From positions 2,106,353-2,170,352 of the forward strand of contig JBNZDD010013702.1 of NCBI GenBank assembly GCA_050575255.1: DNA of 64,000 nucleotides, read 5' to 3'. Under the pieces are notes generated by a model. It ran no database searches, had not been told where the DNA came from, and was given only the letters and a program-made list of their open reading frames with translations. The DNA is from Harriotta raleighana (taxonomy: Eukaryota). Within the stretch, counting starts at the first letter, position 1. Each line of letters opens with the position of its first letter. A program made the translations under genes and the position numbers. This document shows positions 24,961 through 38,296 of the stretch, piece by piece.

Positions 24961-27130
24961 TTCAGCTTCAAGGAGACGCCAAGGTGAGAAACTGCCCAAT
25001 TCTTTGCAGCAATTTTACTTAAGACTGAAGATGATCTTTTAAGCATAAATGAGAGCAGGCTTCAAATGGAGCATTGTTCACAGTTTTTCTGCACAAAGAA
25101 AGCAAGGTGAATTCCTGCAATATTGTCTGTGTTCTGAACACACCCACTGACTTTTCCACTGGTATAAGATCTCAGTCAATGCCCTCCCAGCTGCTGTGAT
25201 GTGTTGCAAATACACTTGTTTTTGAACCAAGAGCAACTTTTGGCTTCATTGATTTGCTGTTCTGAGTTTGCAGCACAAGAAGTGACTCCAGCAGTGGTCA
25301 GTGTATGTGACCACGAAATACAAATCTAATTTTATGGACCTAAAGCAGGGTTGGACTGCACCGAAAGATTCTGATGACAATCCCCTTTGCAAATGTGGAA
25401 AAACAGTGCACAATAAATGATTCTGACTCAGTGGGGAATCCCAGCAGTAGGTATGTAAAATTCTAACTAGATTTCATTGTCACACTTCTGACCATACAGT
25501 TGAATGCTGTTGCTAAGCTCAAGAGTCAGTTCGGCTTACAATCAAGTTCCCTGGCCTCATATGAGGGGAAATAGATGGCGGCCATCACCTGTGGACCTGT
25601 CGCTCATCAGCCACCAGCTTCAGCAGAGATGGTCAGAGCATTCAAGGTTCGAGAGAGAGGTGACATTTATGGATGACATTTGTAAATACATTTGTAGGTT
25701 ACTTGGTGACCTCATTCGGTACTTTCTAGCATACTACTCTTAATTTATATATTGCTTGGGGGTGGGGGAAGAAATCTGCACTTTTCAATGTACTGATTAA
25801 TTTCCTGTAAATTGCTCAGAAAAGAAAAAACTATGGGGTCAGGATTCTCAGACCAAGATGTATTCTCAGAGTTAGTCATTTCCTACATCTGAACCTGATC
25901 ATGTTGGAAGTATCTTAAAATATTTCACAGGTAAAAGTAGCCACCCTTTCTGTTGGCAAGTAAGTGCCAGCAAGACCCCAAATGAGGCCAGTGATCAATT
26001 GATCTGGAAAATATCCAGCCAGGACCTCAAGAGAAACTCACTCATCTTTCTAAGTAGTGTTGTGATTCCACATGCCAACACTGCACTTTTCTTTTGAGCC
26101 AAATGCCCCTGAAACTCCCCTGTTTTGGAAATCAAAGCGAATAATTTTCTCAACAACTTTTTTTCAATGTGCTTTCTTCATCCTTCATCCTTCACCAGAT
26201 TCAAATCAAAAGCATTTCATGCTCCAGAGGAAGGAAAAAGCTAATCATGTGAACTTTACAATCATTGTGCTACACCCATGTCCCAAAATAGGGTCCCAGA
26301 TGTCATCATATCTCCACTGTTGTGCTTGACATCAAATCTTAGGAAACACAGCTTCAGTCAGTGCCAAAGGCACAGCAGTATTCCACTTATCATTCCAGTT
26401 ACAGGGCAATGAACTGGAACTACCAAAACAACCTTGCGCAAACATTAGGCACAGTTGATTTCAATGCCATGCTTGCACGTGCTGCCGCTGAATATAACGA
26501 TAGCAGAACAAATTTACGTTTAAAGAGATACTCAAACCCAGGAGAACTGGAGCCCCTGAGGACGTCTGTACCAACAGCTCATTTTAAAATTATAATTACT
26601 TTTGATTAAGTTGATTCTGAGGGCACTAGAATACAGAAACCTTCATCAGTTTTGTACATTTCATTCATTAATACTTTTAGCCGTTTCAGAGATTTGATAA
26701 ATCAATTAAAATCATCCAGTGAATGAGTAATTTAACCTGGAGGATTCGTAACCAGGATACTGGGAAAGATTCCCTTCTCTTTCAAATAGTGCCATGGTAT
26801 CATGAAAGTCACCTGAACTGAATGATAGAAGCTCAGGTTAACATCCAAATGAAAGCACCTCTGGCAATGTACCCAGCACTGCACTAACAACAACAACAAC
26901 AAAATTACATTTATAGAGTGCCAGACTACACTGTGAGCTCATACATGCTAGAGTTCTCTTTACAAAAGCTAGAAACCATTGTGATAGAATAACCATGCAT
27001 TTGATGGCCTCAACTTCTATTTTGCAATTAGTAAAAGTTGTCAGCAAGATATACAGTCACTACACTTTAAGACACCCTCAACATGAAAAGCGTGATATTT
27101 AAATGCTAACATTATAAATAATTTCTTATA

Positions 27131-27476
27131 CTGTAAAACCCTGTTTATCTGGCATCCTCGGGGGGGTGCCGGATAAATGGGTGGCAAGTTGCTGAAAACC
27201 TAACATTAAAAAATTAACTTATTTTAAAACATACCATGTTAATAATAGACTAAATAGTAACAGAATATTTTATGGATACTTACCAATAAAGCATTCCAGC
27301 ACACTTGGTAAAAAGATTGTTAAAAACCCAAGTTTGTAAGTTTAATAAGTGCACAAGCGCACGCATTGCACGCATGCACAAAGTGAGCAAACTCGCGATT
27401 GCTGGAATGGGGAATTGCCCTGGGAGGGGGTCGAGCAATCCGGTTGATTGGGTCACGGATAAACCGGGTTTTACTG
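27131..27476. mobile_element. MITE family A, opposite orientation
   Basis: TA|CTGTAAAACCCTGTTTATC...GATAAACCGGGTTTTACTG|TA; internal sequence is the reverse complement of 42131-42478. Confidence 0.88.
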
Positions 27477-27640
27477 TATTTGATATAGCACTATATCACT
27501 TTAAGTCTCAAATTGCATCACAGAATAATAAGCCTTGTATATGATATAGAGCATTTCATGACTTCTAGATGTCTCAAAGCACTTCACAGAATATACTGTA
27601 AAGTGGATTGACTGTATACTCCGTTGGCAAAATATTACTA

Positions 27641-28060
27641 CAGTAAAAGCTTGGCTATCCAACACTTCTACACTCGGGACCTGACCAGTACCGTTTAATC
27701 AAATATGCTGGATATTCGAGCGGCAAGTTGCCGAAAATCCTACACAAAAAATTAACTTATTTTAAAACATACCATATTAATAATAGACTAAATAATAACG
27801 GAATATTGTATGGATACTTACCAATAAAGCATTCCAGCACACTTGGTAAAATGATCGGTAAAATAAAAATTCCATCATTCGTTAAGTTTAATAAGTGCGC
27901 ATGTGCACACATTGCACGAATGCATAAAGTGAGCATACTCGCGAGTGTCCTGGATAGCTCCAGTATGAGATCTGTTTGCTGGAATGGTGAATTGAATTGG
28001 GAGATACCGGTTGGTTGAGTGTTCCGGTTGGCCGGGTGCCGGATAAACAAGCTTTTATTG
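27641..28060. mobile_element. MITE family A variant, opposite orientation
   Basis: TA|CAGTAAAAGCTTGGCTATCC...GGATAAACAAGCTTTTATTG|TA; internal sequence is the reverse complement of 20784-21158. Confidence 0.88.
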
Positions 28061-28409
28061 TACTTAGTTCTAAGCGAAAGCACATCCACCTACTTATTCC
28101 TCAGGTAGTTTGAGCAAAACTACTAACAGCAATGTTACAGCTAGGTTAACCAAACACACTGTTATTTTCTTCAACTTATTAATATACACAGCTGAATGGA
28201 CCCGACGAAGGTCACCTTCTGGTACTGTGGTTCTGCTGCCAGAATCCATTAAAAAGAGTAAGACTCTCAATGGCTTATTTCATCTGTGAATTATATTAAC
28301 CATCCCACATCAAATTAAACATTAAAGTGCTAATGCACCGAAGAAACACCACACATAAATGCCATCTCAATTACCATCCAGAGAGATCTAAATCAGTAAA
28401 TTTGTTCAT

Positions 28410-29090
28410 TTTTTTTGTCAGCTGTGTGTCTGGCATTGATTGCTATGCCTGCAGAATGCCCATTGCTTGGAAAATACAATACGCCTAGAAGGGAATACAT
28501 ACTGCATCCCAAAATGACACCCACTGTTTACCTAATCCCAGAGCATACTAGGCTCAGGTTGGCGAGAGCCAAAGCTTGGGGAACCCAGAGTGTGTATTAT
28601 GGTAACTGCTGGAGTTCAACCAGTTAAAAGTGCACAGTTTGTAATTGAGAGCAGTCTGGTCAGCTTTGCACTGCTTATTCAACTAGACCCTCCGTTCTAG
28701 TTTGAGGACTCTGGCTTGCATGATTACCAGGGGTTGATTGGGAATAATCCCTGCCACCAGTGACTGGTCTGCCCCCAAAGAACAAGCTAGCGAATTTACA
28801 TGGAGTGGACGAAAAAGAAGCAGCACCACATCCAACTCCAGAAACTCAGGTTTGCTCCTCCCTGCCCCTAAGAGCTTTAGCTAGTAGGACTAACAATTCC
28901 TGTCCCAACTGGCTGGTCTGCTCTTCCAAGTCCTGCCAATGAACCACCCTGGCTAGGCTATCATCAGCAGTGGCCCTAGAGTACTGATGACCCGCCTGGC
29001 TCAGGAATCGAACTACTGAGAGACCACCACCACAGAGGAATGGTTCACATCTGACACCCTACCCAAAAGGAGTACAGTTAAGTTGCCAGG
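28410..29090 (-). repeat. Old unclassified interspersed repeat, copy 3
   Basis: Collinear with 24340-24960 and, inverted, with 3270-3750; on the minus strand it ends in cagacacacagctgac followed by an A run. Confidence 0.65.
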
Positions 29091-32000
29091 CAGTGAGATT
29101 TGCAACAGGCCACAAAGATCATTCAAAAAACAATGAAGGATTGCAGACAGAGCAATTGAGGTTTGGTGCAAACTGACAAGCCACATTATATTTCAATTTA
29201 CGAAAGCTGGAAAAGCTCAATCCTCGCCAGGAGATGAGTGGAATTTTCCAGTCCTGCAGAACAATAATAAAAACTCCACCTGGGGTTGTTTAGGAATTTG
29301 GAACATTGCTTAGTACTGGAATCACTACAATAATAATTAAATAGACATTTGAAGCAATAGAAAAATCAAAGAAAGCATAATTTCAAAGGATCAAATTAGA
29401 TTTGTAAAGTTTCAAAGGAAAATATATGCATTTGCAGCTATTAACTAATCCCGACAAGAGAGATCTGGTCTAGACAATGATATTTGATACAGTAAAGGAG
29501 TCAATGAACCAGAACTTGGATATATTTGAACTGAGCAACATAGTTGTTTGAGTAGAAGATAAAGTGACATGGTAAGCTTTCACCATACACCTGATAATTC
29601 AGTATTTCTATCATGCTTTATTCATTACTTTTAGCGTGACGACATTTTGCACTGCGTCAAGTCTTCCCAGCAGTGGTTCCAACCAAGACTCGAAACAATT
29701 ATTCCTTCTGTGGTGCAATAGTATAGCCAGAGTCTGACACAATCCTCGGGATATGATGCCTAGCTAGGAAGGAAATTCACACACACACACAAAGAAAGCA
29801 CTCATAGGCTATCAAACTGAACCAGATCCAGACGAACGCACAAACAGTATTTAAGGTTTCAGTGTTCTTCTCCATTCTCAAGCAAATCCATGCTTACTCC
29901 ATTGCCATTGAATGCTTGTAAAGCTTCACTAAAATATACGGGCAATTCACAGTATGTATTCTGTGTAGTGCTTTGAGATGCCTTAACATTGTGATTTGGT
30001 GATACATCAAATGCAAGGATTGTTATTATTATTATTTTCTCTGTGTTCTTCAACCCGCCTCTCCTGGACTAATAAGGCTTCCAGTCTTGGAACTATCCAA
30101 CCTATTGCCATTAAGAGATGCCTCTTCAAAGGTCTACATTTATCAGCCTCAAATACAAATGTACATCATTAATACTTCAACAACAAAGCATAATAAGCAA
30201 AGCTGCAGGTGGGTGAAACAGAATCAGAGCCCATGGTAGCGAATGCAGTATAAAAGATTAAAGAGATTTAACCTCTTTTCTCTCAGTCATGAAATAGCCA
30301 CAGCATACATATGAACACAACCAGTTCAGAAGTCAGAGAGCCTGTAACTGTAATGACGTAATATAACTGTGGCAATGGGCCATTTGTGCATTATCTGATG
30401 GTGCAATAATTTAATTCTGGGATAATGGAGCCTGCATGCCCCTAAAACCAATTACAATAAAGCTGAAGCTGCATTAATTCTGCTCCCAGGGTCTCCTTCT
30501 CTCGTCCGCAGCGTACTGTGAGCATCATGTGTTGCGGTTAAGCAAGAGGAAAGAAACAGAGATCGGCTGGAAAACATTTATCCGAAGCACCAGCAAGTGC
30601 AAAAGAATGACTAGAGTTTATGACTAAATGGACAGTAAAATGCATACATATTACAACACGTAAATATTAATAACAATGCTTGCATTTGATACAAAGCTTT
30701 TCACATCTTTTAGACGCCTCAAAGCGCTTCAAACAATATGCTGCAGTAAGGTAAATTGACTGTATTTGTGGGCGGCCAATTTACACAGCAGTGACCCACA
30801 AACAGTCGTGGATTGAAATGACCATTTATTTTATTCGAGGGATTATTAAGAGAGAATGAAACACTTTAACAAGTGGCTTTTGAAATTCAGACCATTGAAA
30901 ACATTTATAAGGAAATTTGCTAAATATTTGAAGAGGAACACAATAAAGTATCTAGGGACAGAGCCAACAATAAAGTGCTGAAACAGATAGCCCCTGCAGA
31001 GAAACTACCTCAGCAGCAGTTCCCTGGGATGAACAGGCTCCCACAGCAACTTCTAATATTTTTGGAAACAAAATCAGGCACTTTGAAATGGATTCCACAA
31101 AACAGAAATGTAATAATCCTTGAGCTTCATATCGCGCCTTATCATGTCTTTGAGACGTTTCAAAGAGTTTCACAGAATATACAATAAAGTGAGTTGACTA
31201 AATATGTTTTGGGCGAATCACGTCAGACAATTGTAAAAGAAATATAGCAATAGGGCTGAATAATTCACCCTTAAAGTTGGCATAAACCATAAATACCACT
31301 AGATTCTGGAGTTTTATTTACTTCACAAATAGTTCCATTACCAAACTCATTTCTGTCAACAAACATATGAAAACGGGCCTTTTAATTGCTCAAGAGATGC
31401 ATTGGGAGATCTTGTTACATTACACTGACTAAAATTGTACCATATTATTCCTGTTGCAACTCACATGTCTTGAAACGACAAGACACTGGACAATTACTCT
31501 GCTGTCAATTCAGAGTTTAGTTTAAAATGTCTAAATTCACCGGCAAATTTTGGAGTTGCATTAATTTGGAGATTGCAAGATGAAAAATAGTTATAGAGAC
31601 CTGCAGCACAGCTCTGTGAGCATAAAGAGCATCATTATTGAAGAATATTCACATGCCAATTAGCCACACATCTGTACATCTACAATGGGCTAAAGCATGA
31701 GTTGCCATAGGCCTTGAAACCGGCAAAAATCAAACTAGTCTATGTGGGCATGACAGTTACATCCTCACTAATAATACTCCTAATGATCCTTGGTACAGTG
31801 CCTCAGCTGTCAAAATGTCTCACAGCGCTTCGCAGCATTTACTATAAAGTGTAGGATGTACTTTTATGGGCCTACCTGGCAGCCAATTTGCACACAATTC
31901 CTACAAAATAGCACCGAAGTGAATGAACAATTTTTATTGTGGGATTGTTGGCCAGGATACTGGGAGAAACTCCTTTCTCTTCTTAAATTGTATCATAGGA

Positions 32001-32670
32001 TCTTTCAAGTCCATCTGAATGTATCTAACAAGCACTGAGACAAGAGCAAATCAAGGCAGCTTCCATTACTTCATTTCTCCAGCTATTAATGCCTTAAAAT
32101 CTTCATTGAGCAATTCTAGAAGTCACATCTGCAATGATCCAGTGTCCTACCATGCATTTAAACAGTTTCTCTTCAGGAATGAAACAATCTTGTTTTCCTC
32201 ACAATTCACCATTCCAACCCCTCCGTCACCTGCAAAACTCCTTTAACCAGCTTGTTGCTGGTATTGATTTTCCTATCAGTAACTGTGCAAACGAGATAAC
32301 TGTACCTTAACATTCAACTCAATCCATTAGAGGCTAAACCTGGATGGCTTGTTCACAAATGGATTCCTGTTTGTCAGGGTGGAACCTGTTAAAACACTTC
32401 ACAGAATGCCCAAGGTTTTTGAGGTCAGGCTTGTTTAGGAAATACGCCCTCCGGCTATCATAAAATTCCACTCACACAGATGGTAATGGTTTAAAAAAGA
32501 AATTGATACAATCTAAAGTTCCTCCGAAGGCCCAGAATAAAAGAAAAGATACAAATCAGATTGTTCATCCCAGAATAAACAGAGCACGTACTTTTATTTG
32601 GCAACTTTTACAAGTTTAATGTTTCTGTTGTCTTTTGCTAATTTCGAGGCAGGAGGTTTAGCTGTAAATA

Positions 32671-33366
32671 CAGGCAGTCCTCAAGTTACGTCAGGGTTAG
32701 GTTCCTAAGATGTGGTGTAAGTCGAATTTGTATGTAAGTCGAGTCACCCCCCTATAATGCTTACAGTAACATACAGTGATTGGTTGTAGTGTATAGTGAG
32801 CTGCCCTCTCTCCCCTGCACCCCTCCTAATATGTACAGTACTGTAAATAAAATAAAATATTACTGTGTACTTACATGGCTTCATTGTGAGTCTGGCTCGC
32901 GATGTAGCGCAACACAGGAGATCACACGTGACGTAGTGCAACGCAGGAGATCACATGCGACGTAGCACAACGTAGATCATAAGTGACGTAGCGCAACGCA
33001 GGAGATCACATGCGACGTAGCGCAACGCAGGAGATCATACGTGACGTAGCGCAACGCAGGAGATCACACGTGACGTAGCGCAGTCTAAAGGCTCGAGAAT
33101 ACTGTCCCGCCGAGCTCGCAGCCTCACACAGTACCTGTACAGTACACACTCGTGTCTCGCCTCCATCCTGTTCCTGTCCTGAACGCGTATCGTGGTCCCG
33201 CAAGTGTTGAGAGCAGCGACTCCAGTTTTCTATCGCGCGTGGGGCAACTAAAGTATTTACATAGCAGTGTCGTAACTTCGAGACTTTGGATGTAACTCGG
33301 ACGTAATTTTACTGATATTAAGTGTCGTAACTTCGAATTGTCGTACCTCGGAACGTCGTATCTTGA
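32671..33366. mobile_element. Tigger/pogo-like non-autonomous DNA transposon with internal minisatellite
   Basis: Starts TA|CAGGCAGTCCTCAAGTTACG; repeated subterminal motifs GTAAGTCGA and GTCGTAACTTCGA; right TIR appears truncated after gtcgtatcttga. Confidence 0.7.
32901..33082. repeat. 29-bp CpG-rich minisatellite, about 6.4 units
   Basis: Unit GACGTAGCGCAACGCAGGAGATCACACGT starting at 32901, 32930, 32959 (26-bp variant), 32985, 33014, 33043 and 33072 (partial). Confidence 0.95.
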
Positions 33367-33819
33367 CAAAAGTTATATAACTGTAACTTCCTCCATTGCA
33401 GAGAAGATTACCTAACTCAATGGATTGAAATGGGGAATTGAGACTGTTGTAAACTACCAGTTTGTCACAGGAGTTGGCCAGTCTCTGGAGGCCATTAAAG
33501 TGTAAAAAAAAATGCATAGCACTCAACACCCTCCTGTCCTAAATTTGAGGCTAACTCAGTCTATAGGGAATGCCGTTTGGTAATGGAAAGCCATAGGGTT
33601 GGGGCTAGGTTCACACCAAATCTGAATGTAGAGATGGGGCAAAACTGGGGACTTCTCTATTGGATTCAGGACTCCAGAATCACAATATTACACATCAAGG
33701 TAAATTTAGCTAATACCATCAGGGGAAGGGCAATTAAACACAAGAAGGATTTTCAAAGGCTTCCAATGTACACAGGATTTCCCGATTCAATCACATACAT
33801 CAACATCTGATTGAAGCTT

Positions 33820-34075
33820 AAATGCTCAATAAGTAAATAAACCACTCATGTGGCAATTTGCCATGTAGACAAGCAAGGTCCCAGGTTCAATCCCCGGTCT
33901 CGGCTCAGTTTGTCATCTCAATTGGGGTGGGAGTGAATCGATATGGCTTTGCTGCTTCTGGAGAAGGGCAGGAGAACCCAAAATACACACTTATTACTAC
34001 AAAGTTTGTGTGTGATAATAGGGCCCAACAGCCGATATTCATTGCCTAGGTCTTTTGCCTGAGGTAGGGAAGGAC
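33820..34075 (+). mobile_element. LF-SINE-like relic
   Basis: gctcaataagtaaat...gccatgtagacaagcaaggtcccaggttcaatccccggtctcggctcagtt resembles the LF-SINE head as recalled (gccatacagaccaggaaggtcccaggttcgatccccggtctgtgctgagtt); later gccgatattcattgcctagg block also fits. Confidence 0.6.
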
Positions 34076-34889
34076 TGCATTGCCCATTTACAGACTCAAA
34101 CATTATTAGTAACTTCAGAAGAGAATTAAGCAAGATATACTTGTTTCAATCTTCAGTGATTGACTTCAGCAAACATTAAAGAGTTGTGAACTCTTAGGAA
34201 TAAAATCTTTCATTTAATTCTGCATAAAATTAATCGCTGATGAAGGATCTGTGACCTTAGATTGTTATCAGAATATTGACAAAATAATTCAAGTGCTTTC
34301 GAGCTAATGAGTTTATCTTTCTGTTCTCATTCTTTCAATCTACAGATGGAAATGACATTGAATCCCTTCAAAGTTATCGAATCCTTCAAGATAAAACATG
34401 GATTGTATTTTCATAGACTGCTGAAGGATTTGTCTGGTATTACTACCACAAAGCTACTTCATTGCTTTGCTGAATGAGTGAATGTCCATCCCTAACTTCA
34501 AAGAACTCCAGTGACAGTAAAATGTATCAGTCTCAGTAACATAGGGAGATCAAACTCAACTCAAACTCAACTGTATGATACTCTTAAAATGACTCACAAA
34601 ACATTGCTAGACTCTCTTCATAACAGCTGGAGTCCAATTGGCAGTCACAGTGCATTATTTGAATGTGGTGAATTGTGATCCTGCACCCATACTCCCCAGA
34701 GAAATTGTGGTGGCGTTCCAACCCGAAGCTCAACAGTTTTTGGAAGCCTTTCGTTGTTTTATGCCACGCTTCAGAGCTACTCCTTGACAGAGGAAAATTC
34801 TATGATAAAGTGGAGTAAAGTGCAGCTGTTTGTGTTCCTGACACTGTGCAATGTGCTCTGCAGTGCACACAGGAGAAATCGACAGCACC

Positions 34890-35532
34890 TGCATCCTCAG
34901 TGCCTTCCGCCACCCCCGCCACTGCCTCTCCCGAGGCCACTGACACTCAACCACGCATTCATCACATCCAGACTAGACTACGCCAACTCCCTGCTTGTCG
35001 GCCTTCCCAACTCTTCTCTCCACAAGCTGCAGATCATTCAGAACTATGCAGCTCGTGTCCTCTTCCCCACTAAGCTACATCACACGATCAATCACTCACA
35101 TCCCTGCCTAGTTCCACTGGATCTCCATTCCCCCTCCCACCCCCGAGGACAGATTTCAAAATCCTCCTCCTCACCTTCAAAGCCCTCCATGTCCTTGCTC
35201 CATTCTTCCCATGTGACCTGCTAACTCCAAATAAACCTGTCTGCTCCCTCCACTCAGCAGGCTCCAGCCTGCTCCAAGTCCCTCCATTGGCAAACGTGCC
35301 TTCAGCCTTTCTATCCCTACCTGTGGAACTCCATCCCACCGCCTCCCTTGCCTCGTTCAAATTTCTTCCCTTCAACTGGGCTTTCAGTCACCCTCCTATC
35401 CCACCCTTCCTGATTTCCACTTCTCCTGATCCCAACCACCAGCTCAGGTGAGGATCTCACCTGAGATCGTTCCAGGGCTTTGGAACGTCCTCCTGACATG
35501 AAAGGTGCTATACAAATGTAATTAGTTGATGT
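34890..35532 (+). mobile_element. L2 LINE 3' fragment (ORF2 C-terminus and tail)
   Basis: HAFITSRLDYANSLLVGLPNSSLHKLQIIQNYAARVL and I.FKILLLTFKALH motifs with frameshifts; ends gacatgaaaggtgctatacaaatgtaatt. Confidence 0.9.
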
Positions 35533-38148
35533 TGGTACAGGGATTAGTTGTAATGACTGGTAAGCTGAATTTTAGCCAATTAAATCAACAAGCTTAATGC
35601 ACATACATTAAATGGCTGCTGGTTCTAAGTACAGCGGTTTCCTCAAAATGAGGTTAATTTATTAAAATGTGAGCTGCCGATAATCATATTTAATTGCATT
35701 GTTACAGTACCTCACTCCCGTAGGATTGATTTGACAGCTATCTGGCTGGTGGCAGAGAAATATTTGCAAAGCCAAGGCTGGTGAATGAAGACAAACCAGG
35801 GAAGAAAATGATGAATACTTTTCATTCAAACCGTACCCACTCATTATTAAATGCTGATCAATATCTTCCATAATTCTGAGTGACACCTTACATTACCTCG
35901 TAAAATAAAGTCACACAGGGAGAATATTTTATAGAGGTTGGTGACAAATGGCTGATGGAAGCAAGCTGCTGGTGGAGAAACTGTTCTGCTACAGTGATCT
36001 GAGCCTGCCACAAGATGGTTTTGGTGGCGTTTATGAAGCTGATTTCCAGTATTATCACTGCTATTTAGGATTTTCGAAACTCTGCTGCACAGTGCTCAGG
36101 CCTTCAGACATGCTCCAGAAAGATTGTTATACTATACATCCAGTATCTGTTATACTAAACAAATTTGCCGTTGTGATTCAAAGCAGCCAGTTCACTAAAG
36201 ATGAGTTTAATAGCAATCAGTTTAAGTGATTGTAATAAGATCAGAAATAAAATGCCTGGCTTACAAAAGTCCATGTGAAGCTTCAGACCTCCTGCAACAC
36301 CCCATTCTCCACAGAAAGGGCACAAATAGGTGACATCTGCATATGGGTATGAGAGTGTGGCATGTAAACATAACAATAAATCAGTTGTAATACGTCCGTG
36401 GGGACAGAGCCCAGGTAGTTCACGCTGTAATGCCTCCAGATTTATACCAGTAGGAAATCCACCCATGGAGGTATCACTATCACACATGTCAGATGGAAAT
36501 GTAATTGAGGCAGCTTTTGCTCTGAAGTTGGTATGGACAGCATTTGTAGTTATTATAAAGGGCTATACTATACTATATTTCCCAATTGGATGTTGCAGGA
36601 CCTGCGGTATTTCCTGCATCAACACTGTTAATTCTAGGGTGCAAATTTGTCTTTTTGATTCAAATTGCAAAAAGTAATCACAGGAGCCAAAATGGGGAGA
36701 GGTATTAAGTGGATGCCTCAGGGGTAATAATAATAATCCCTGCAGTTGATATAGCACTTGTTCACATAATTGCGACATCTCAAAGCACTTCACAGATTAT
36801 AATATAAAGTGAACCGACTGTATATTTTGTGGGCAAAACGCAGCTATGCACAGCAGTGTCCCACGAACAGTCACAGATTGAGTAATCAAATTATTTTCCA
36901 TTTTTAAAGATTTCTGGGACTCCTCCTCTTTGTGTATATTAATTGGGGTTAGAGGGATCAAGCATATTGATGCACTGTTTGGGTTGTTGGGGAAATGGAT
37001 GGTGCCCTGGAATGATGAGATCGGATGGGCCAAAAGGTCCTACTTCATACAGACAAATATTGTGAGAACATGGCAGTATTTGCCTCCGAGACAGTAGTGA
37101 CACAAACAGCCATGGAAGGAATAATAATAATAAGCTTTAGTCAAAAACAGCACAGCCTTTTGCTACAGGAAACTCAGATGAGACTGTAGTCAGAGGAAAT
37201 GGTGCAGCAGGTGCACAAGAAGGTCTGAAAATAGTGGATCCTATAACTTTTCCTTCCTCCATTTGAACCTCCATTTGGCAAGATTCCATTATTGCAGGTC
37301 AAGATTCAAACAACAACTTACATTTGTCAAAAGTGTTACTGGTGATTAAAAGTAATTAAGTTTTGTAAAGCCAGGTCCCACCTCTCAACATTAAATTGAG
37401 CTTCAAGGCCCGATCTCAAACTGATAAGGAATTCTTTCTTTCAAACTCAAATTACTAATTGGCAATCGACAGTTTTAGAAACGAATAACATGATCTCAGA
37501 AAGTATATTGAAGCTGTTACATTCAAGCAAATATTTGTGTGCAGATAAATATAAACCCTCCAAAAAATCTAGTTTCCACCACTTCACTGGAGAAGCAAAC
37601 ACTGACACGAAAACAACCAATGACTTCCGACTGAGTTGGATTTCTATTGAACAAGTTAATACCTATGATTACTGTCACACTAATTTGCGAGTGGAATATG
37701 CATTGAGGGTGAGGTCTAATAAACCTCCTGCTACAGATCACAACAATTCAATTTCAGTACAGCAGACCTCCCCTCCACCTACCCACATCTGTAATTGTGG
37801 GTACATTTAAATTCCTCTGGCTCTCATGCAAGGCACAACCTGCATTTCAGACACCAGATACTGTCAATCCAAAAGACTGTAAAACATATTCGGATTCTAA
37901 AGCTCAACAGTAGGGGCTAAACATTAAATCCAGTAACAGTTTTATCTCAGTTTAATTAACATACGAGGCCTCAACCGGTTTACAAAATGACAGTGTGAAT
38001 ATGATCAAGTGAGCAACAACGTACTTACAGAAATAGTAATAATCCTTGCATTTGATGTAACACCTTATCACGTCGTTTAGATATCTCAAAGTGGGATACA
38101 GTGTAAAGTGAATGGATTTTGTACTTTGTGGATGATTTGTGCACTTAC

Positions 38149-38296
38149 CGATTTGCGCTCTTGTTTGAGCTCCTGGACATAGCGTGAGAGCTCCGCGATT
38201 ATTAGCCCGGTCAGATTCTCAGCAATCACTTCACGTTGACCCGCATAGTCACTCATCTCATTCATAATGGCTGAAAACGCTCGACATGCTGTGAAT
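38149..38296 (-). CDS. FNBP1: Second copy of FNBP1 exon 4 (probable assembly duplicate)
   Basis: Same sequence and splice sites as 39352-39499, offset by 1203 bp, inside a duplicated block joined by a single N at 38648. Only one copy is likely to be real. Confidence 0.6.

Noticed and set aside
32901-33082. CRISPR-like array
   Set aside because: The units are contiguous with no unique spacers, there are no cas genes, and the context is a vertebrate intron. It is a minisatellite.
34754-35224. 156-aa ORF as a host gene
   Set aside because: It is a degenerate L2 ORF2 C-terminus.
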